64,000 nt of DNA from positions 156,550,001 through 156,614,000 of the forward strand of contig OX597816.1 in NCBI GenBank assembly GCA_951406725.2, written 5' to 3'. The notes under the pieces were generated by a model. The model was not told where the DNA came from and did no database searches. It worked only from the letters and a program-made list of their open reading frames with translations. Each line of letters starts with the position of its first letter. The stretch's first letter is position 1. This DNA is from Octopus vulgaris. Lineage: Eukaryota. Shown here piece after piece: positions 40,870 through 54,195 of this stretch. The position numbers and the translations under genes were made by a program.

Positions 40870-42400
40870 ATTTTGGCAGACTTCTCATTATGATAATCGT
40901 AATGAGAAGCCTGCCAGCCGGAAAGAAGTTAAAGCATAAAACGACGAAAGAAATTTACAATGCTACAGGATGTATTCGAATTCTCTCCGAAAGTGAAATA
41001 ACCTACCCAATTATGTAGTTGTAGCAAAGGAATATGTCTCGAAGTCTGGTAAACTGATAACTAACAGGCAAATATCTTACCAGAAAAACGTTTGAAGATA
41101 GCACCAGGTGCGTGAGATGCGAAGGAAGTTAACTACAGCTCCTTAAAGAAGGTACACTAAGTATTATCAAAATACTAGAAAGAATCAATTAAAACACTAA
41201 AAATAATTCCAGACAATAGGAAAAACCGAATGAGAAAAGTTGTAATTGAATAACAGACGCAAATAGTGAAGTCAAAGTTAGTTTACATAAAAACTATTTG
41301 AAAATAGAATAGATTAGTTTTGGGAGAACAGGTTTGTCAAATAATCAGATTAAATCGTTTGAAATGTGAGAAAAGTATAGAAACAAAAGGATGAAGTACC
41401 AAATGCAGGAAAGAAAAAAAACAGCAGGTTTAGGAGTTATATACGGAGCAATGAGGAGACGGGGGTGATTTCAAGGAGCTGGAAACTAATCAAAACGAGA
41501 AATCTGCGAGTCATATAGTAATTTTAGTAATCGTTTAGGACTTCATTGAAAAACAAGCAGTAAGAGTACCTAATTAGAAATTGCCGATCAGACGGACTAC
41601 AAGTGTCCTGAGTTAAGAACGGAATTTGGTATTTCAAGTTTTGGAATATTTGAGACGAGCATGAGTATATATTATGTACGTAAGTGCTTAAATCTACCAA
41701 ACAAGAAATTACGAGGCTTCGATACAGATGTTTCAGAAATTCTCGGAAGCTGACCGTTTGAAAGAAAGAACAGTGAAAGATAAAGTTAGGTGAAATATTT
41801 CCAAGATTTAGGAATTTAACAAAATACTAACTCACCTCCGTAAACACAAGCGCTGTATCCATCACCAGATAGAATAATTAAGGAAAGCAGACGATCATGC
41901 AAACGTAGATATGAAAATAAGGAGACTGGTGACAATCGAATGGGCCTTACGCACTCAGATGATAAGAGGTTTTTTTTCAAGAGAAAGGATGGGAAAAGAA
42001 GATTGATAAGCATAGAAATCTGCGTAGAAGTGGATGCTGAAAACTGAGAGTAGCATGTTACTGACAGTAATGAAATTTTTCATAGCTGTAAGAAAGCAAA
42101 AAGCATGAAGTTCTTGGAGCTAGAAACAACGACATGCAAAGAAAACTTTACTTGGAACATTGTTTTTTTTAAATGGTAGAAAAATATCTCTATCAGACGA
42201 CTTTTCAATAGCTAAAGAAGAGTTTAAGGATTGAGATCATGAGTTTGATATTATTTACGCAGAATCAAACTTTCAGAACAAGGTATATCAGAAGGATGCA
42301 TCCAGTAGAAAGTTTTGTATGAAATATTCTGCAGTTTATATTGATGAGTTCACCAGAAAATTCAGTCGTTGACAAAAAGTATACGAAGCATTCTCTTACT
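40870..42400 (+). mobile_element. Very decayed RLE non-LTR remnant
   Basis: HSDDKRFFFKRKDGKRRLISIE near 41950-42020 (cf. HPKSDVDRLY..R..GGRGL). Abuts a trinucleotide tract. Confidence 0.55.
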
Positions 42401-43595
42401 GTAGAATTGTTAGATTTCAAGAGGCTTAAGACATGGAAGCTAAAATTTATCTGGATTATAAAGTTTATTACTTTACACTTCTTCTCGACCACTAGATCAA
42501 TTAGGATTAAGAACCAAAAATGAAACCTCGTTATTGATCATTAACATAGATTAATTATCCCAGTAAACTCTGACTTACGCTAACGATAATCGCTTTTATT
42601 GCTTCTTACAAATTATTAAGAGGAATGTATTTAGCTTAGAAAATATGATGTCTCTTTCTCATTGTTGGTGTGTGTTCGAAATTTGTTTAATATTTCTCGT
42701 AGTTCGAAGAGATATTTATAAGGATGAAGGACTCAAAATGCCGTGAAATATTCAACAGAGGGGCTACATATATTTACAGACAGACTTAATAAAATTATCC
42801 ATTAAAATAGGCTTCATAACAATATGGGCATTAATCAAAATGTAGATACATTTTAGACATCGGGACGAATATTGATACGAATAAGATTAGACCGTACAAT
42901 AAAATGAATGAAAATTTCTTTCCATCCGATTAAAGTTTTCCATAAACTATTCTCTAATCTCCGTTGGTACGAACCATTTTTATCTGCTAATGAAGGGAAC
43001 TTTCATATGCGTCTCTTATTACTAAAACGCTGTCTTCTCCCTGACACAACAAATTCTCCGATAAGATATTGAAATTAGGAACCTTGGAAACAGGTACCTT
43101 AAACTTATGCTGTATAAAGTTTGAAGATCATTTTAATGAAGCAATTACTCTGCTTGAATCCCAATTCTTAGTTCCAGCAGCAGGTGAGTAGAATATAGCT
43201 CTCTTCATGTGATTGCTTCACAAGTTATTAGTTTATTGCACAAAGATTTATTTCAGTGACATCGCTTGACAGTAATATTATTCGATGGAGAGGTAAACAA
43301 ATACAAATATAGAAGTATAAAATCGTATCTTTCCTACACAAATTTATATTGTTAAGATATTTTGTTTACAATGTACATACTAATTCAGTATACACTTTTA
43401 ACAGTTTTAGTCCGCCAACTGTGTCCATGCTGAGAAAACACATTAAAAATCTTATAAAAAGTTCTACAGAGATTAGAATTCGGTATGCTACATGCAGAAT
43501 CCAGGTTGGTACACATTTCACTATAGAAATTGTACAAGAAAACGTGATTAAATTATGTGCATGTGCATATGTATGTTGTGTGTATGTGTGCGTAC

Positions 43596-43599
<4 letters not shown>

Positions 43600-43658
<59 letters not shown>

Positions 43659-43710
43659 GGCATGTATGTATGTATATATATATATATATATATATGTAGG
43701 CATGTATGTA

Positions 43711-43763
<53 letters not shown>

Positions 43764-43978
43764 CATATATATGTATATATAGATATATAAGTATATATGT
43801 ACATATGTAGATATATATGCATATATGTACATATTTATATGTATATATATGTATATACATACATATATATATATATACACACACATATATATACACACAC
43901 ATACACACATACAAGCACACACACACACACATATATACACATATATATATATATAATATATATATATAATATATAAAT
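43600..43978. repeat. (TA)n-rich compound microsatellite
   Basis: Directly visible. Confidence 0.95.
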
Positions 43979-44384
43979 ATAGGCGCAGGAGTGGTTGTGT
44001 GGTAAGTAGCTTGCTAACCAACCACATGGTTCCGGGTTCAGTGCCACAGCATGGCATCTTGGGCAAGTGTCTTCTGCTATAGCCCCGGACCGACCAATGC
44101 CTTCTGAGTGGATTTTGTAGACGGAAACTGAAAGAAGCCTGTCGTATATATGTATATATATATATGTGTGTGTGCATGTGTTTGTGTGTCTGTATTTATC
44201 CCTCTAGCATTGCTTGACAACCGATGCTGGTGTGTTTACGTCCCCGTCACTTAGCGGTTCGGCAAGAGAGACCGATAGAATAAGTACTTGGTTTACAAAG
44301 AATAAGTCCTGGAGTCGATTTGCTCGACTAAAGGCGGTGCTCCAGCATGGCTGCAGTCAAATCACTGAAACAAGTAAAGAGAGT
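43979..44384 (+). mobile_element. SINE family B, full length
   Basis: AGGCGCAGGAGTGGTTGTGTGGTAAGTAGC...CTGAAACAAGTAAAGAGAGT. Confidence 0.93.
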
Positions 44385-44670
44385 ATACCTACGTCTATAT
44401 ATATATATACATGCATATATGGACACAGGACATTAAAAAAAAAACGTTGAAGACATTGAGAAACGAAAATATAAAAACAAAAACATGGAAACGAACTTTT
44501 TTTTCAAACAACGAAAAAGCAGAGTGCAAGACATACAGCACAAAGAATATTCCCCTTTTTAAATTGTCCCTGTTTCGTCTGCTCCGCGTTCCGAAGGAAA
44601 GTACTAGACGCGACTTCATTGAAACAGTCCTTCCCGCAAAGCAAATTAAATCAAATATATATATATATAA

Positions 44671-45548
44671 CTAGCATTAAAGGCCTGTCGTTGCCGGGTC
44701 ATAGTGCCAGTGCATGTATATATGTGTGTATGTATGTATACATATTACATGTACATCTATATATATATATACATCTACACATAAAATACAAAATACAAAG
44801 TTATATCTGGATATCGCTAGTGATAACAATACTCAAAATGTATAACAGACTGGAATTTTCAGCTCTTCTTTTTTCTCTACATTGTATACTTTATAGACAA
44901 TAGTCTTTTCTTTAATTTAATTTTTTATTATCCATCTGGACTATTCCATTTCTGCACGCTAATTATATTTTTAATTTATTCCCATTCATTTGAAACCACT
45001 TATTCAAGTTCAAATCATTGATGCAATTTTATATCAATTGCTATTTTTACTTTCGTATGTTGCGATTATATTATACTTTAGTTTGATTTTCATTATTACT
45101 TACTACATATAATTCAATTGTTATTATTATTTTTATTGTTAAAGTGAAAGCATCTGACATAAAATAGAGAAATATTTTTATTTCACTTTTAACACGTAAT
45201 ACTGAAATAGTGGAGAAGATATGATATTGCTATGGGCTCGCTCTAGGCAAGAAGTTGAACATTGTTTTGCCATGAAACTACATGGACCCTAAGTAAGGCA
45301 TGTGTAAAATTTGAATGAAATTGGTTGCGTAGTTCTCAAGTTTTAGGGAATCGTAGTGGAGAAGACATGATATTGCTCTAGAAGATATGATATCGCTCTA
45401 GGAAAAAAGTTAAAATGTTTTTGCCGATGACACTCCCCGGACCCTAAGTAAGGCATGTATAAAATTTGAATGAAATTGGTTGTGTAGTTCTCAAGTTTTA
45501 GGGAAACACACAGACAGACAGACATTCTCAGTTTTATATATATAAAGA
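44671..45548 (-). mobile_element. Non-autonomous Helitron (DINE-1/Lep1-like architecture)
   Basis: The minus strand starts TCTTTATATATATAAAACTGAGAATGTCTGTCTGTCTG and ends GACCCGGCAACGACAGGCCTTTAATGCTAG. Internal tandem duplication at about 45207-45350 and 45354-45505. Confidence 0.8.
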
Positions 45549-45664
45549 TATATTATTATTATTATTATAATTATTATTATTAAAGATGTGGAAGGAACTT
45601 TTTGTCTTCTTATTTGGATAATTTATTCTTCGCCAAACCCACATACATACAAACATATATTCGT

Positions 45665-45842
45665 ACTTGACAATCGGTGTTGGTGTTTACGTTCCCCTAC
45701 GTTAGCAGTTCGGCAAAAGCGACCGATAGAATAAGTAATAAGTTTTTAAAAGATTGAGTTTTCGGGTCGGTTCTTTCAATTCATATTTCTTTAATATGGT
45801 GAGCGAGCACTGTCGCAGTTAAATAATTGAAACAATGTAAAA
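45665..45842 (+). mobile_element. SINE family B, 3' half, diverged
   Basis: CTTGACAATCGGTGTTGGTGTTTACG...GTTCGGCAAAAGCGACCGATAGAATAAG. Confidence 0.75.
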
Positions 45843-45885
45843 TGCAAATGTTGAAAGATACACGCACGCACGCATGCACACACAC

Positions 45886-45942
<57 letters not shown>

Positions 45943-45957
45943 TACACACACACGTAG

Positions 45958-46190
45958 ATGCATATGATTTAGTGGTTAAGGCTTCGCAATAATGATCATA
46001 AGATTGTGATTTTCATTTCAGTACCGGGATGCCTGTGCTCTTGGGCAAATCACTTCTTTTCACGCTGCTCCAGTCGACCCTCCATGCAAAAATGAGTAAT
46101 CCTACAATGGACCTGAGCCCCATTTGTAGGGCCGGAACTTATACGTCACAGAATCCGGGAAATCGGCCTTATCTGACTACGGTTCGAAAA
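45958..46190 (+). mobile_element. Old tRNA-derived SINE (fourth type)
   Basis: TAGTGGTTAAGG A box, then GTGCTCTTGGGCAAATCACTT...GCTCCAGTC...AAAATGAGTA core-like segment. Confidence 0.55.
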
Positions 46191-46214
46191 AGATTCTCAT
46201 AGATTTTATTTTTC

Positions 46215-46375
46215 ATACAGACGAGAGGCTACTAAACTGTTTCTGTCAACTCAATTTGCTTATTAGCCTGGGGCTACAATACAAGGCAGCTGCTCAAGAT
46301 GTTGTGCAGTCGGACGGATCCTGCAACCACATGGTCACAAAGAGAGTTTCTTAATCTCACAGCCATATCTGCGCA
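46215..46375 (-). mobile_element. Old SINE family B-like head
   Basis: CAACCACATGG...TTCTTAATCTCACAGCCATATCTGCGC. Confidence 0.6.
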
Positions 46376-46629
46376 AATAGCCAAGCCTACAAATAAATTC
46401 TTATACATAAGATTAATTTTTGAGCTTTGCTCTACATAATTAAAGAAATGTGTAAACAGAAGATATATGGATTTATTAATAAATTACAATTTGTTTCTTT
46501 GTAGTTAATATTCAGCAAATTCTTAGATGGAGAAATGCTCTTCGAGCTAGCAGTTTATTAATTATTTATATTTCAATATACAATAAACGGACACACACAC
46601 ACACACACACAAATATATAGATGCATGAG

Positions 46630-46686
<57 letters not shown>

Positions 46687-46694
46687 GTATATAT

Positions 46695-46910
46695 GCGGCG
46701 AGTTGGCAGAAACGTTAGCACGCCAGGCGAAATGCGTAGCCGTATTTCGTCTGCCGTTACGTTCTGAGTTCAAATTCCGCCGAGGTCGACTTTGCCTTTA
46801 ATCCTTTCAGGGTCGGTAAATTAAGTACCAGTTATTCACTGTGGTCGATGTAATCGACTTAATTCGTTTGTCTGTCCTTGTTTGTCCCCTCTGGGGTAGT
46901 AAAGAAATAT
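46695..46910 (+). mobile_element. SINE family A, monomer
   Basis: GCGGCGAGTTGGCAGAAACGTTAGCACG...GAGGTCGACTTTGCCTTT...GGGTAGTAAAGAAATA. Confidence 0.92.
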
Positions 46911-47207
46911 ATATATGTATATATGTGGGTAGTAAAGAAATATATATATGTATATATGTATATATATATTGTATATATATATGTATGTATGTATGTATAT
47001 ATATACATACATACATACAGCACATATATAGATACACCAAATCATGAAAAAGAACACAGTGCTAACAATGTAGGATTTAGATAATGTATACGAAAGATAA
47101 GCGAATTGACAGTAGCGTGAAAGTTTCAAAGGAAGCTGCTCGTCAGACGGTGAACCCTCATAAGTAATCACTTTGCATTACGTTTGCAGATATATATATA
47201 TATGTAA

Positions 47208-47276
<69 letters not shown>

Positions 47277-48409
47277 TGTAGAAGCACGCATCTTCTACAT
47301 TTTCTGGCTTATTACCATATGAATTACCTTCTTTATATATCTAATATACACAGGAAAAATATCTTGATGTTTTGCCATGTATAGAAAGCTACACTGAAAC
47401 AGTTACAGGAATATGAGGGAATGACTAATGTCTTCTTGTTGTAGTGTGATTTTAATGTACGTCGTATTAAAAAAATGTTAAAATTAACATATCTATTGTT
47501 TTTTTTTTTGTTTTGTTTTTCATTGTCATTGCACCTCAGCATAATATATTCTCCAATCAATTGCACATTCTTCAACTGTTGCATCGACAAGTACAGCTGA
47601 TGATTGGTTTTATGAGGATCATTATATAAATCCGAAAGTTAGGTGAGAAATATAGATAGGATATTACTCAATTAGTCCTGTTTTTTCTAATAGCCGCAAT
47701 TTACTTTTAATTTTTACTGTATTAATGATGCTAACATTAACTTAATTTTTATGTTTCGACTAAATAGCGCCTTTATGTTCTATTAAATATATTCAACTTC
47801 ATAAACATTTTATTATCAAACATCTGTAATACTTTCAACGCAGGAAGCATTAAAACGCAAACTAGATGAAAAATTAATATTTATTCAGCAATAAATACTT
47901 TTATTTGTTTGTCACAAGAAGGATACAATTACATAAATGTTTCTTTTGCTGTTATTTTAATGTTATTAACGAATCAGAATCTTTACCCTTTACATGTTGA
48001 TGTAGAGATTAATGACTCATTAAGTAAATGTAAATCATTTACACCGGTTAGTGTAAAAACAGACATATTTAGACACTAAATAAACCGAAATACCATCCGC
48101 ACGGAAAGCGTAAATGGATTCAGAGTTAATATGTTTTAAGCCTTAGCATATAATTTGTATTATAGAAAGTTGCACAAAGTGGCTTTAATACTGAATGTTT
48201 TAGTATATTAATAAACACATTCATGCGACAGGGAAATCACAGTGAGAAGACTGATTATAAAGTTTGTTGAACCGATCCATCAATAAAGAAACGTGATTCT
48301 AGGCCCACCTGGTGCTCATGCTACATATTTTATTAAATTTTGCGAACGGTTGGTGTCAACAAACTTGGATTCTTTTAAATGAATCATACATCTCTGTATA
48401 AGCGTGATA

Positions 48410-48725
48410 TAGCGAAATGGGTTGTATGTCCTCTTCGTAAATATGAGGTTCCATGTTTCATTCCTCTGCGTAGCATGTTGTCAAAATGTTGTTTTCTATA
48501 ACCTCGGATTGATCCATACTTTGTGACTGAAACTGGGTAAAGCAAAACTGCAGAGACATCTGTTGGGTAGATTGCACCTATAATACGCAAGGTACAGACT
48601 TGTCTTACACAATGCGACATTTGGCCTGAGAACCGCGTTAAGGGTGCACATGGCTGTCTAATACTCTGCTACAAAGTAAGTTAATCAGTTAATCAATCAA
48701 GGGAATATTCATCGTCGAACAACGG
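48410..48725 (+). mobile_element. Old SINE family B-like copy with a different tail
   Basis: Diverged head (GGTTCCATGTTTCATTCCTCTGCGTAGC...) and tail TGAGAACCGCGTTAAGGGTGCACATG. Confidence 0.45.
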
Positions 48726-49059
48726 AGGTCAACCACAAGCACAACCACCAATATCATATTCTCTGTTCACTACTCTCTCAACCGTCAATAATGATAGATA
48801 TCGAATTGCATAATTGTGACCACTGTCAACGTGATATAATCAAGATATTTTACAATTTCCAATGCTGTAATGTGATAGCAAATATTAGATAATGCCAACA
48901 CCCGCTGCTATATAATGGTGGTAGGATATCAAGCATAAAATATTTGTAAAGTTGAAGCATATCAGAAAGAATATATATCTCTACTACTCAAAACTTTTTC
49001 ACACTCTTTGTTTGTCTGTACGAATCTCAGCCAACTGGGGGCATTTTTCATTGCTGACT

Positions 49060-49220
49060 CTGTGCTGGCAGAATACACGGAAAAATATTTTCGGGTATTC
49101 GTTTTGGATTTTACATTCAGTGTTCAAATTTACATCAAGGCGAATTTAGCCCTACATTATTTCGGTGTCTATGAAATTAAGTACCAGTCATGTAGAGGAG
49201 GGGGTAGTATCATATAACAC
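49060..49220 (+). mobile_element. Old SINE family A-like copy (host of the nested insertion)
   Basis: GCTGGCAGAA...TTACATTCAGTGTTCAAATT...AATTAAGTACCAGTC. Confidence 0.6.
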
Positions 49221-49238
49221 ACTTTCCTAGAAGTTTCT

Positions 49239-50339
49239 TATTTCTTTATTGCCCACAAGGGGTTAAACATAGAGGGGACAAACGAGAACAGACAAAGGGA
49301 TTAAGTCGATTACATAGACCCCAGTGCGTAACGGGTAATTAATTTATAGAGCCCGAAAGGATGAAAGGCAAAGTCGACCTCGGCGGAATTTGAACTCAGA
49401 ACGTAACGGCAGACGAAATACCTATTTCTTTACTACCCACAAAGGGCTAAACACCGAGAGGACAAGCAAGGACAGACAAACGGATTAAGTCGATTATATC
49501 AACCCCAGTACGTAACTGGTACTTATTTAAAGGACCTAGGTATCTTGGTGGATTCCTCCTTTTCGCCTTCGGCCCATTTCCTTCCATGCTGCCAACAAAG
49601 CACGCGGAATTCTGTTCTTGATTCGACGGTCATTCGGAATGCTCACAGCAGCCATATTCCAACCACTCTATGTCACGCTGGTGAGACCCATATTGGAGTA
49701 TGGGATTCAAGCCTCTTCTCCTTATCTCCTCAAAGACATACAGCATCTCGAAAGAGTCCAGAAGCTGGCTACCCGCATGGTTCATGGTCTCAAAAATTTG
49801 TCCTACGAAGAAAGGCTGAGGACGCTCGACCTTTATTCTCTTGAAAAACGCCGCCGCCGTGGTGATCTCATTCTCGCCCACAACATCATAAGCGGAAAGT
49901 GTAACCTCTCGAAAGAGCTGTTCTTCACTCCTGCTCCAGAGCGTCGGCTGCGGGGTCATTCCGAAAAGCTCTACCTGCGACGATTTCATCTCAATCGAAG
50001 GAGAGGAGCTTTCTCCGTCCGGGTTGCGGATCCGTGGAACAAGCTGCCAGACGAGATGGTGAAGATGCCGACGACCGCTTTGTTCAAAGCCTCCCTTGAC
50101 CTCAAGTGGCCTGAACTCTTTACATGAACACCACCCTGTACTTAACTCCATGCCCCCCTACATGGCCTTGCTATTTGCTTTTGAGCCAAATTAACTAACT
50201 AACTAACTAACTAATCGACCCCGAAAGTATGAAAGGCAAAGTCGACCTCGGCAGAATTTGAACTCAGAACGTAGCGGTAGGCGAAATACCGCTAAGCATT
50301 TCGCCCGGAGTGCTAACGATTCTGCCAGCTCACCGCCTT
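49239..50339 (-). mobile_element. SINE family A dimer interrupted by a LINE
   Basis: SINE sequence at 49239-49530 resumes at 50212. 18-bp imperfect TSD ACTTT(C/A)CT(A/G)GAAGTTTCT at 49221-49238 and 50340-50357. Confidence 0.92.
49531..50211 (+). mobile_element. 5'-truncated CR1-group LINE (ORF2 C-terminus, 3' UTR, (CTAA)n tail)
   Basis: KDLGILVDSS, then open frame 49618-50127: LYVTLVRPILEY...LERVQKLATRMV...YEERLRTLDLYSLEKRRRRGDLI...RGH...FSVRVADPWNKLP...FK..LD. Confidence 0.95.
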
Positions 50340-50934
50340 ACTTTACTGGAAGTTTCTAGTCTAAACGGGAAGTAAGTCTAAAGTGAATGAGAGTATTAAG
50401 TATTTATTAAAATCCAATTCTATTCACCCAGATGTTTGACATGTGACCCTTTATGCTTAACGGAGAAACAGCTATCAAACTAGGCAGAATCGGTAAAATG
50501 TTGTGCAAACACTGCCTTGTGGCATCTACGTACGTCCAGTTATGTTTGATTTCAAATCAATCTGAGGTCAATGTTGCTTACTATGCTTCCGAAGTCGATA
50601 AACTACTTATCGAGTAAAAATACTGTGGTTAGCTTCATCGTTTGCTCCACACAAGTGAAAAATATCTTGCTCTAAACTTCGGATAACAAATAATTATTAA
50701 AACAAAAACACTAGTGAACGCTTCATAAGATGAGATATGATCTCACAATGCTGTTTAGTTTCCCATTCGAAAGCGTTTCATTTACCGACGTCGATGATAT
50801 TAATAGGAAAGCAGAAACACCACCGCAACACTCCAATTATCACCACTAGAAATAGAGAGAATAAATCTGGCCATTCAACTAATAGAAAGACTAACTAAAT
50901 TTCTCACAACTCATATGATGAAATCTTAAAATAT

Positions 50935-51060
50935 ACTTTTCTACTCTAGACACAAGGCCCGAAATTTTTGGTAATTTTTGGGGCCAGTCGATTAGATCGA
51001 CCCCAGTACGCAACTAAGCACTTCGCCCGGCGTGTTAACGTTGAGCCAGCTCGCCGCCTT
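50935..51060 (-). mobile_element. Internally deleted SINE family A with a perfect 16-bp TSD
   Basis: Head and tail are joined without the core. TGAAATCTTAAAATAT at 50919-50934 and 51061-51076. Confidence 0.85.
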
Positions 51061-51989
51061 TGAAATCTTAAAATATTGTCAATCCTAGATACAGCTGATG
51101 GGGTGGTCACTGACAGAAAATCTTTCAACATAGGTTTGCTCGATGGCTGGACTAAATAATATCAAATATAAACTGTGCATTTGGTTATGTTTCATAACTC
51201 AATAATTGGTTCTTCTTTCTAGGAAAAAAAAGAATAAACAAAAAATAGAAAATATGAATTAATGTCACCATTTGCTGATTTTATTTGTAGCGGATCCAAA
51301 AATACAGAAAATATAAATTTAGTAAAAATAACGACATTGGTACAAAAAATAACGACATGTATACATATAATATATCACAGTATATAACTTTATCTAAGTG
51401 CATGTATACTTACGTGCGTAGGCAAAACTTAATCCATGAAAGTTGGTATTTAAGCAAAAAAATCCAGGAAGTGGATTTGCTGTAACGAGTGAAAAACAGA
51501 AGGTTGATATAAACCGATAAAACTATCGCGACATTCACCATGCACACTCACATAAATACATACATATATACATCCATCCATCCATCCATCCATCCATCCA
51601 TCCATACATACATACATACATACATACATACATACATACATACATACATACATACATACAAGAGAACACCTACGCTGAACTATTGAGATACCTGCAGTTA
51701 CTGTATCCAGATTGTAAGTTCAGGTCTATATCTGTAATTATTTGAGCACTGGGATAAATAACACACTACCTAAAAACCAATCTTGAGAGATTAGGCCTCT
51801 CAAAACCAGGAAGGAGAAAGCTAATTCGAAGGCTACAGATCTAATCCATCTCTAGAACTGTGAAAATCTGTAAAACTTTCCAGAGGTTTATCATTTAAAT
51901 ATACATGAACATGTCTAGATATGTAACTATATGCATGAGAATACATAGATAAAACATACATACATACATACATACATAATACATACATA

Positions 51990-52180
51990 CCCTGTTGCTG
52001 ATGTTGAAATTCGAATGAAAGAGCCTTGCATCTAGGTTAGAAACCGGTTCTTTCTCTGTTGGCAAGAAATCTTGAAATAAAACTGATCAACGATATACAT
52101 ATATGAAGGAGCCTTTGATCTTAGAATAGAAACTAGTTCTTTCTTTATTGGCAAGAAATCTTGAAATAAACTGAACAATG
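51990..52180 (+). mobile_element. Two tandem copies of about 85 bp of a probable Penelope pLTR piece within (TACA)n
   Basis: ATGAA(A/G)GAGCCTT...TAGAAAC(CG/TA)GTTCTTTCT...TTGGCAAGAAATCTTGAAATAAA at about 52014 and 52103. The GAAA-CCGG-TT segment is hammerhead-like. Confidence 0.5.
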
Positions 52181-52500
52181 ACATACACACATACATATAC
52201 ATACATACATACAAACATACATAAATGTATATACATACATACATACATACAAACATACATAAATGCATATCCATACATATATACATACATACAAACATTC
52301 ATACATACATACATGCATACATGCATAGATACATACATACATACATGCATGCTTGCATACATACATACATACATACATATATACATACATACAAACATAC
52401 ATACATACATACATACATACATACATACATACATACATACATACATACATACATACATACATACATACATACATACATGCATGCTTGCATACATACATCT
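52180..52500. repeat. (TACA)n microsatellite
   Basis: Directly visible. Confidence 0.96.
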
Positions 52501-52659
52501 GTACGTATGTACGGACGCAAGACGCATTTTTCTCCTGATCCATCAATTTGAATTCCTCTGTATAAAGAAGCGAGATCCTAGACTGGGAATCAGTTCTATA
52601 AGTACCCTGAACGAAACTCTCACCTCTTGAGTATGTTTTGCAGCTTCCTGTCGAATTAT

Positions 52660-53068
52660 ATTGGTTTCAAATTTTGACACAAGGCCAGTAATTTTGGGGA
52701 AGGAGTAGGCGGATTAAATTGAACTCAGTACTCGAGTGGTAATTATTTTATCTATTCCGAAAGGATGAAAGGCTATGTTGACCTCGGTGGAATGTGAACT
52801 GAGTATTAAATGTAGAAGAAATGATGCTAGTATTTTGCCTGTAGTTCTAAAGATTCCGCCTCCTTTTTCTGTCAAATAATATTGGTTTCACATTTTGGCA
52901 CAAAGCCAGCAATATAGGAGGAAAGGGCAAGTCGATTACATCAATCCCATTGCTCAATAGGTACTTATCTATCAACCCTGAAATGATAAAGGTAAAGACT
53001 ACCTTCCGCAATTTGAACTCAGAAAAGGTCGGACGAATTCTGCAGATACTGTCCGCTCGGTGCCTTCT
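52660..53068 (-). mobile_element. Two old tandem SINE family A-like copies
   Basis: ATTGGTTTCA.ATTTTG.CACAA tail at about 52660 and 52880, with GAAAGGATGAAAGGC core. Confidence 0.75.
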
Positions 53069-53339
53069 TATTCTGTTGTGTATATGATTTTATATATATC
53101 TTATATCTTATAACTTATAAAATCGAAGTGGTAAGCTGGGTTATCATTTAATAAAGTGAGAAGTGTACAAGAGCGATAGTGTGAGAGGAAACATAGTGAC
53201 ATAGAGATTGTGAAGGGGAGGACAGAGTTGTGTAAGCAACAAATATGGAGTGACAGTGGGATAGTAGTGTTAATACAGTTCTCTTTCATAGATACACACG
53301 CGCGTGCGTGCTTTCAACCTGCCTTTTCCTTCCCTCGCG

Positions 53340-53346
<7 letters not shown>

Positions 53347-53432
<86 letters not shown>
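53347..53432. repeat. (CT)n microsatellite
   Basis: Directly visible. Confidence 0.98.
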
Positions 53433-53437
<5 letters not shown>

Positions 53438-53839
53438 ACACACGCAGACACACATACACAGATCTATAGACAAGTATTTGACACCGTTTAAACCGAAATT
53501 ATCCGGCAATAACCGAAGTATTCCTGTTTACCATTTATTAACAGACGATAAATTGGTTATCGTCTGCTAAATATTTACAATGATATCACTTTTCTTTTCA
53601 CGAAGACGACTTTTCAACTCAACACTGAAGGCCAAGTACCTTATTAACTTCGTTTTTATTATTTGCAAAAATATCTCTCATTCATCTATTCCTTAGTATC
53701 TTGTCCCTTTTGGCGTTGTAATTTTCCGTCATGTTCTGTTTGCGAAACCATCTAAAATTTAAACTGAAGGTGAAGTCCCTAAGGGAATTTATTGAACGAT
53801 TTTCAACGATTACATTAATTTATTAATTCAACCCTTTAA

Positions 53840-54195
53840 TAAAGTCGTGGGTGATGGTCACTGTATGTTCGGAACTGTGTCACTCTTGCTCAAGAACAAC
53901 AGAAATTACGGAACTCTTCGGGAAGAGTCTATACGATTATATAAGCAATCATTGGAAGTATTTTCATTCTTTTATTCCTAATAGTACAATACGGGAATAC
54001 CAAGCATACATGTGTAGGGAGGGAACACACGGCGGTAATGTTGAATTATTTGCCAATAGTGAATTGTACAATATTGCAATTCAGGTTCATCACAAAATGA
54101 CAATGAAAGTATCCCTCGTCCGTTCACCGATTACGGTCGAACATTTACAGAAAGGAAGATTTCAGTGTTATATAGTGGCAAAATTGACAACGATC
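53840..54195 (+). pseudogene. OTU-like cysteine protease fragment (frameshifted)
   Basis: KVVGDGHCMFGTVS (GDGNCLFR motif), then YDYISNHWKYF...YQAYMCREGTHGGNVELFANSELYNIAIQVH, then ISVLYSG. No catalytic His is visible. Confidence 0.8.

Noticed and set aside
40312-40939. Long hydrophobic and Asn/Thr-rich ORFs (165-195 aa)
   Set aside because: They lie almost entirely within a (TTG/TTA)n tract and are open in several frames on both strands.
49630-50151. 173-aa minus-strand ORF
   Set aside because: It is the antisense shadow of the CR1 ORF2 fragment.
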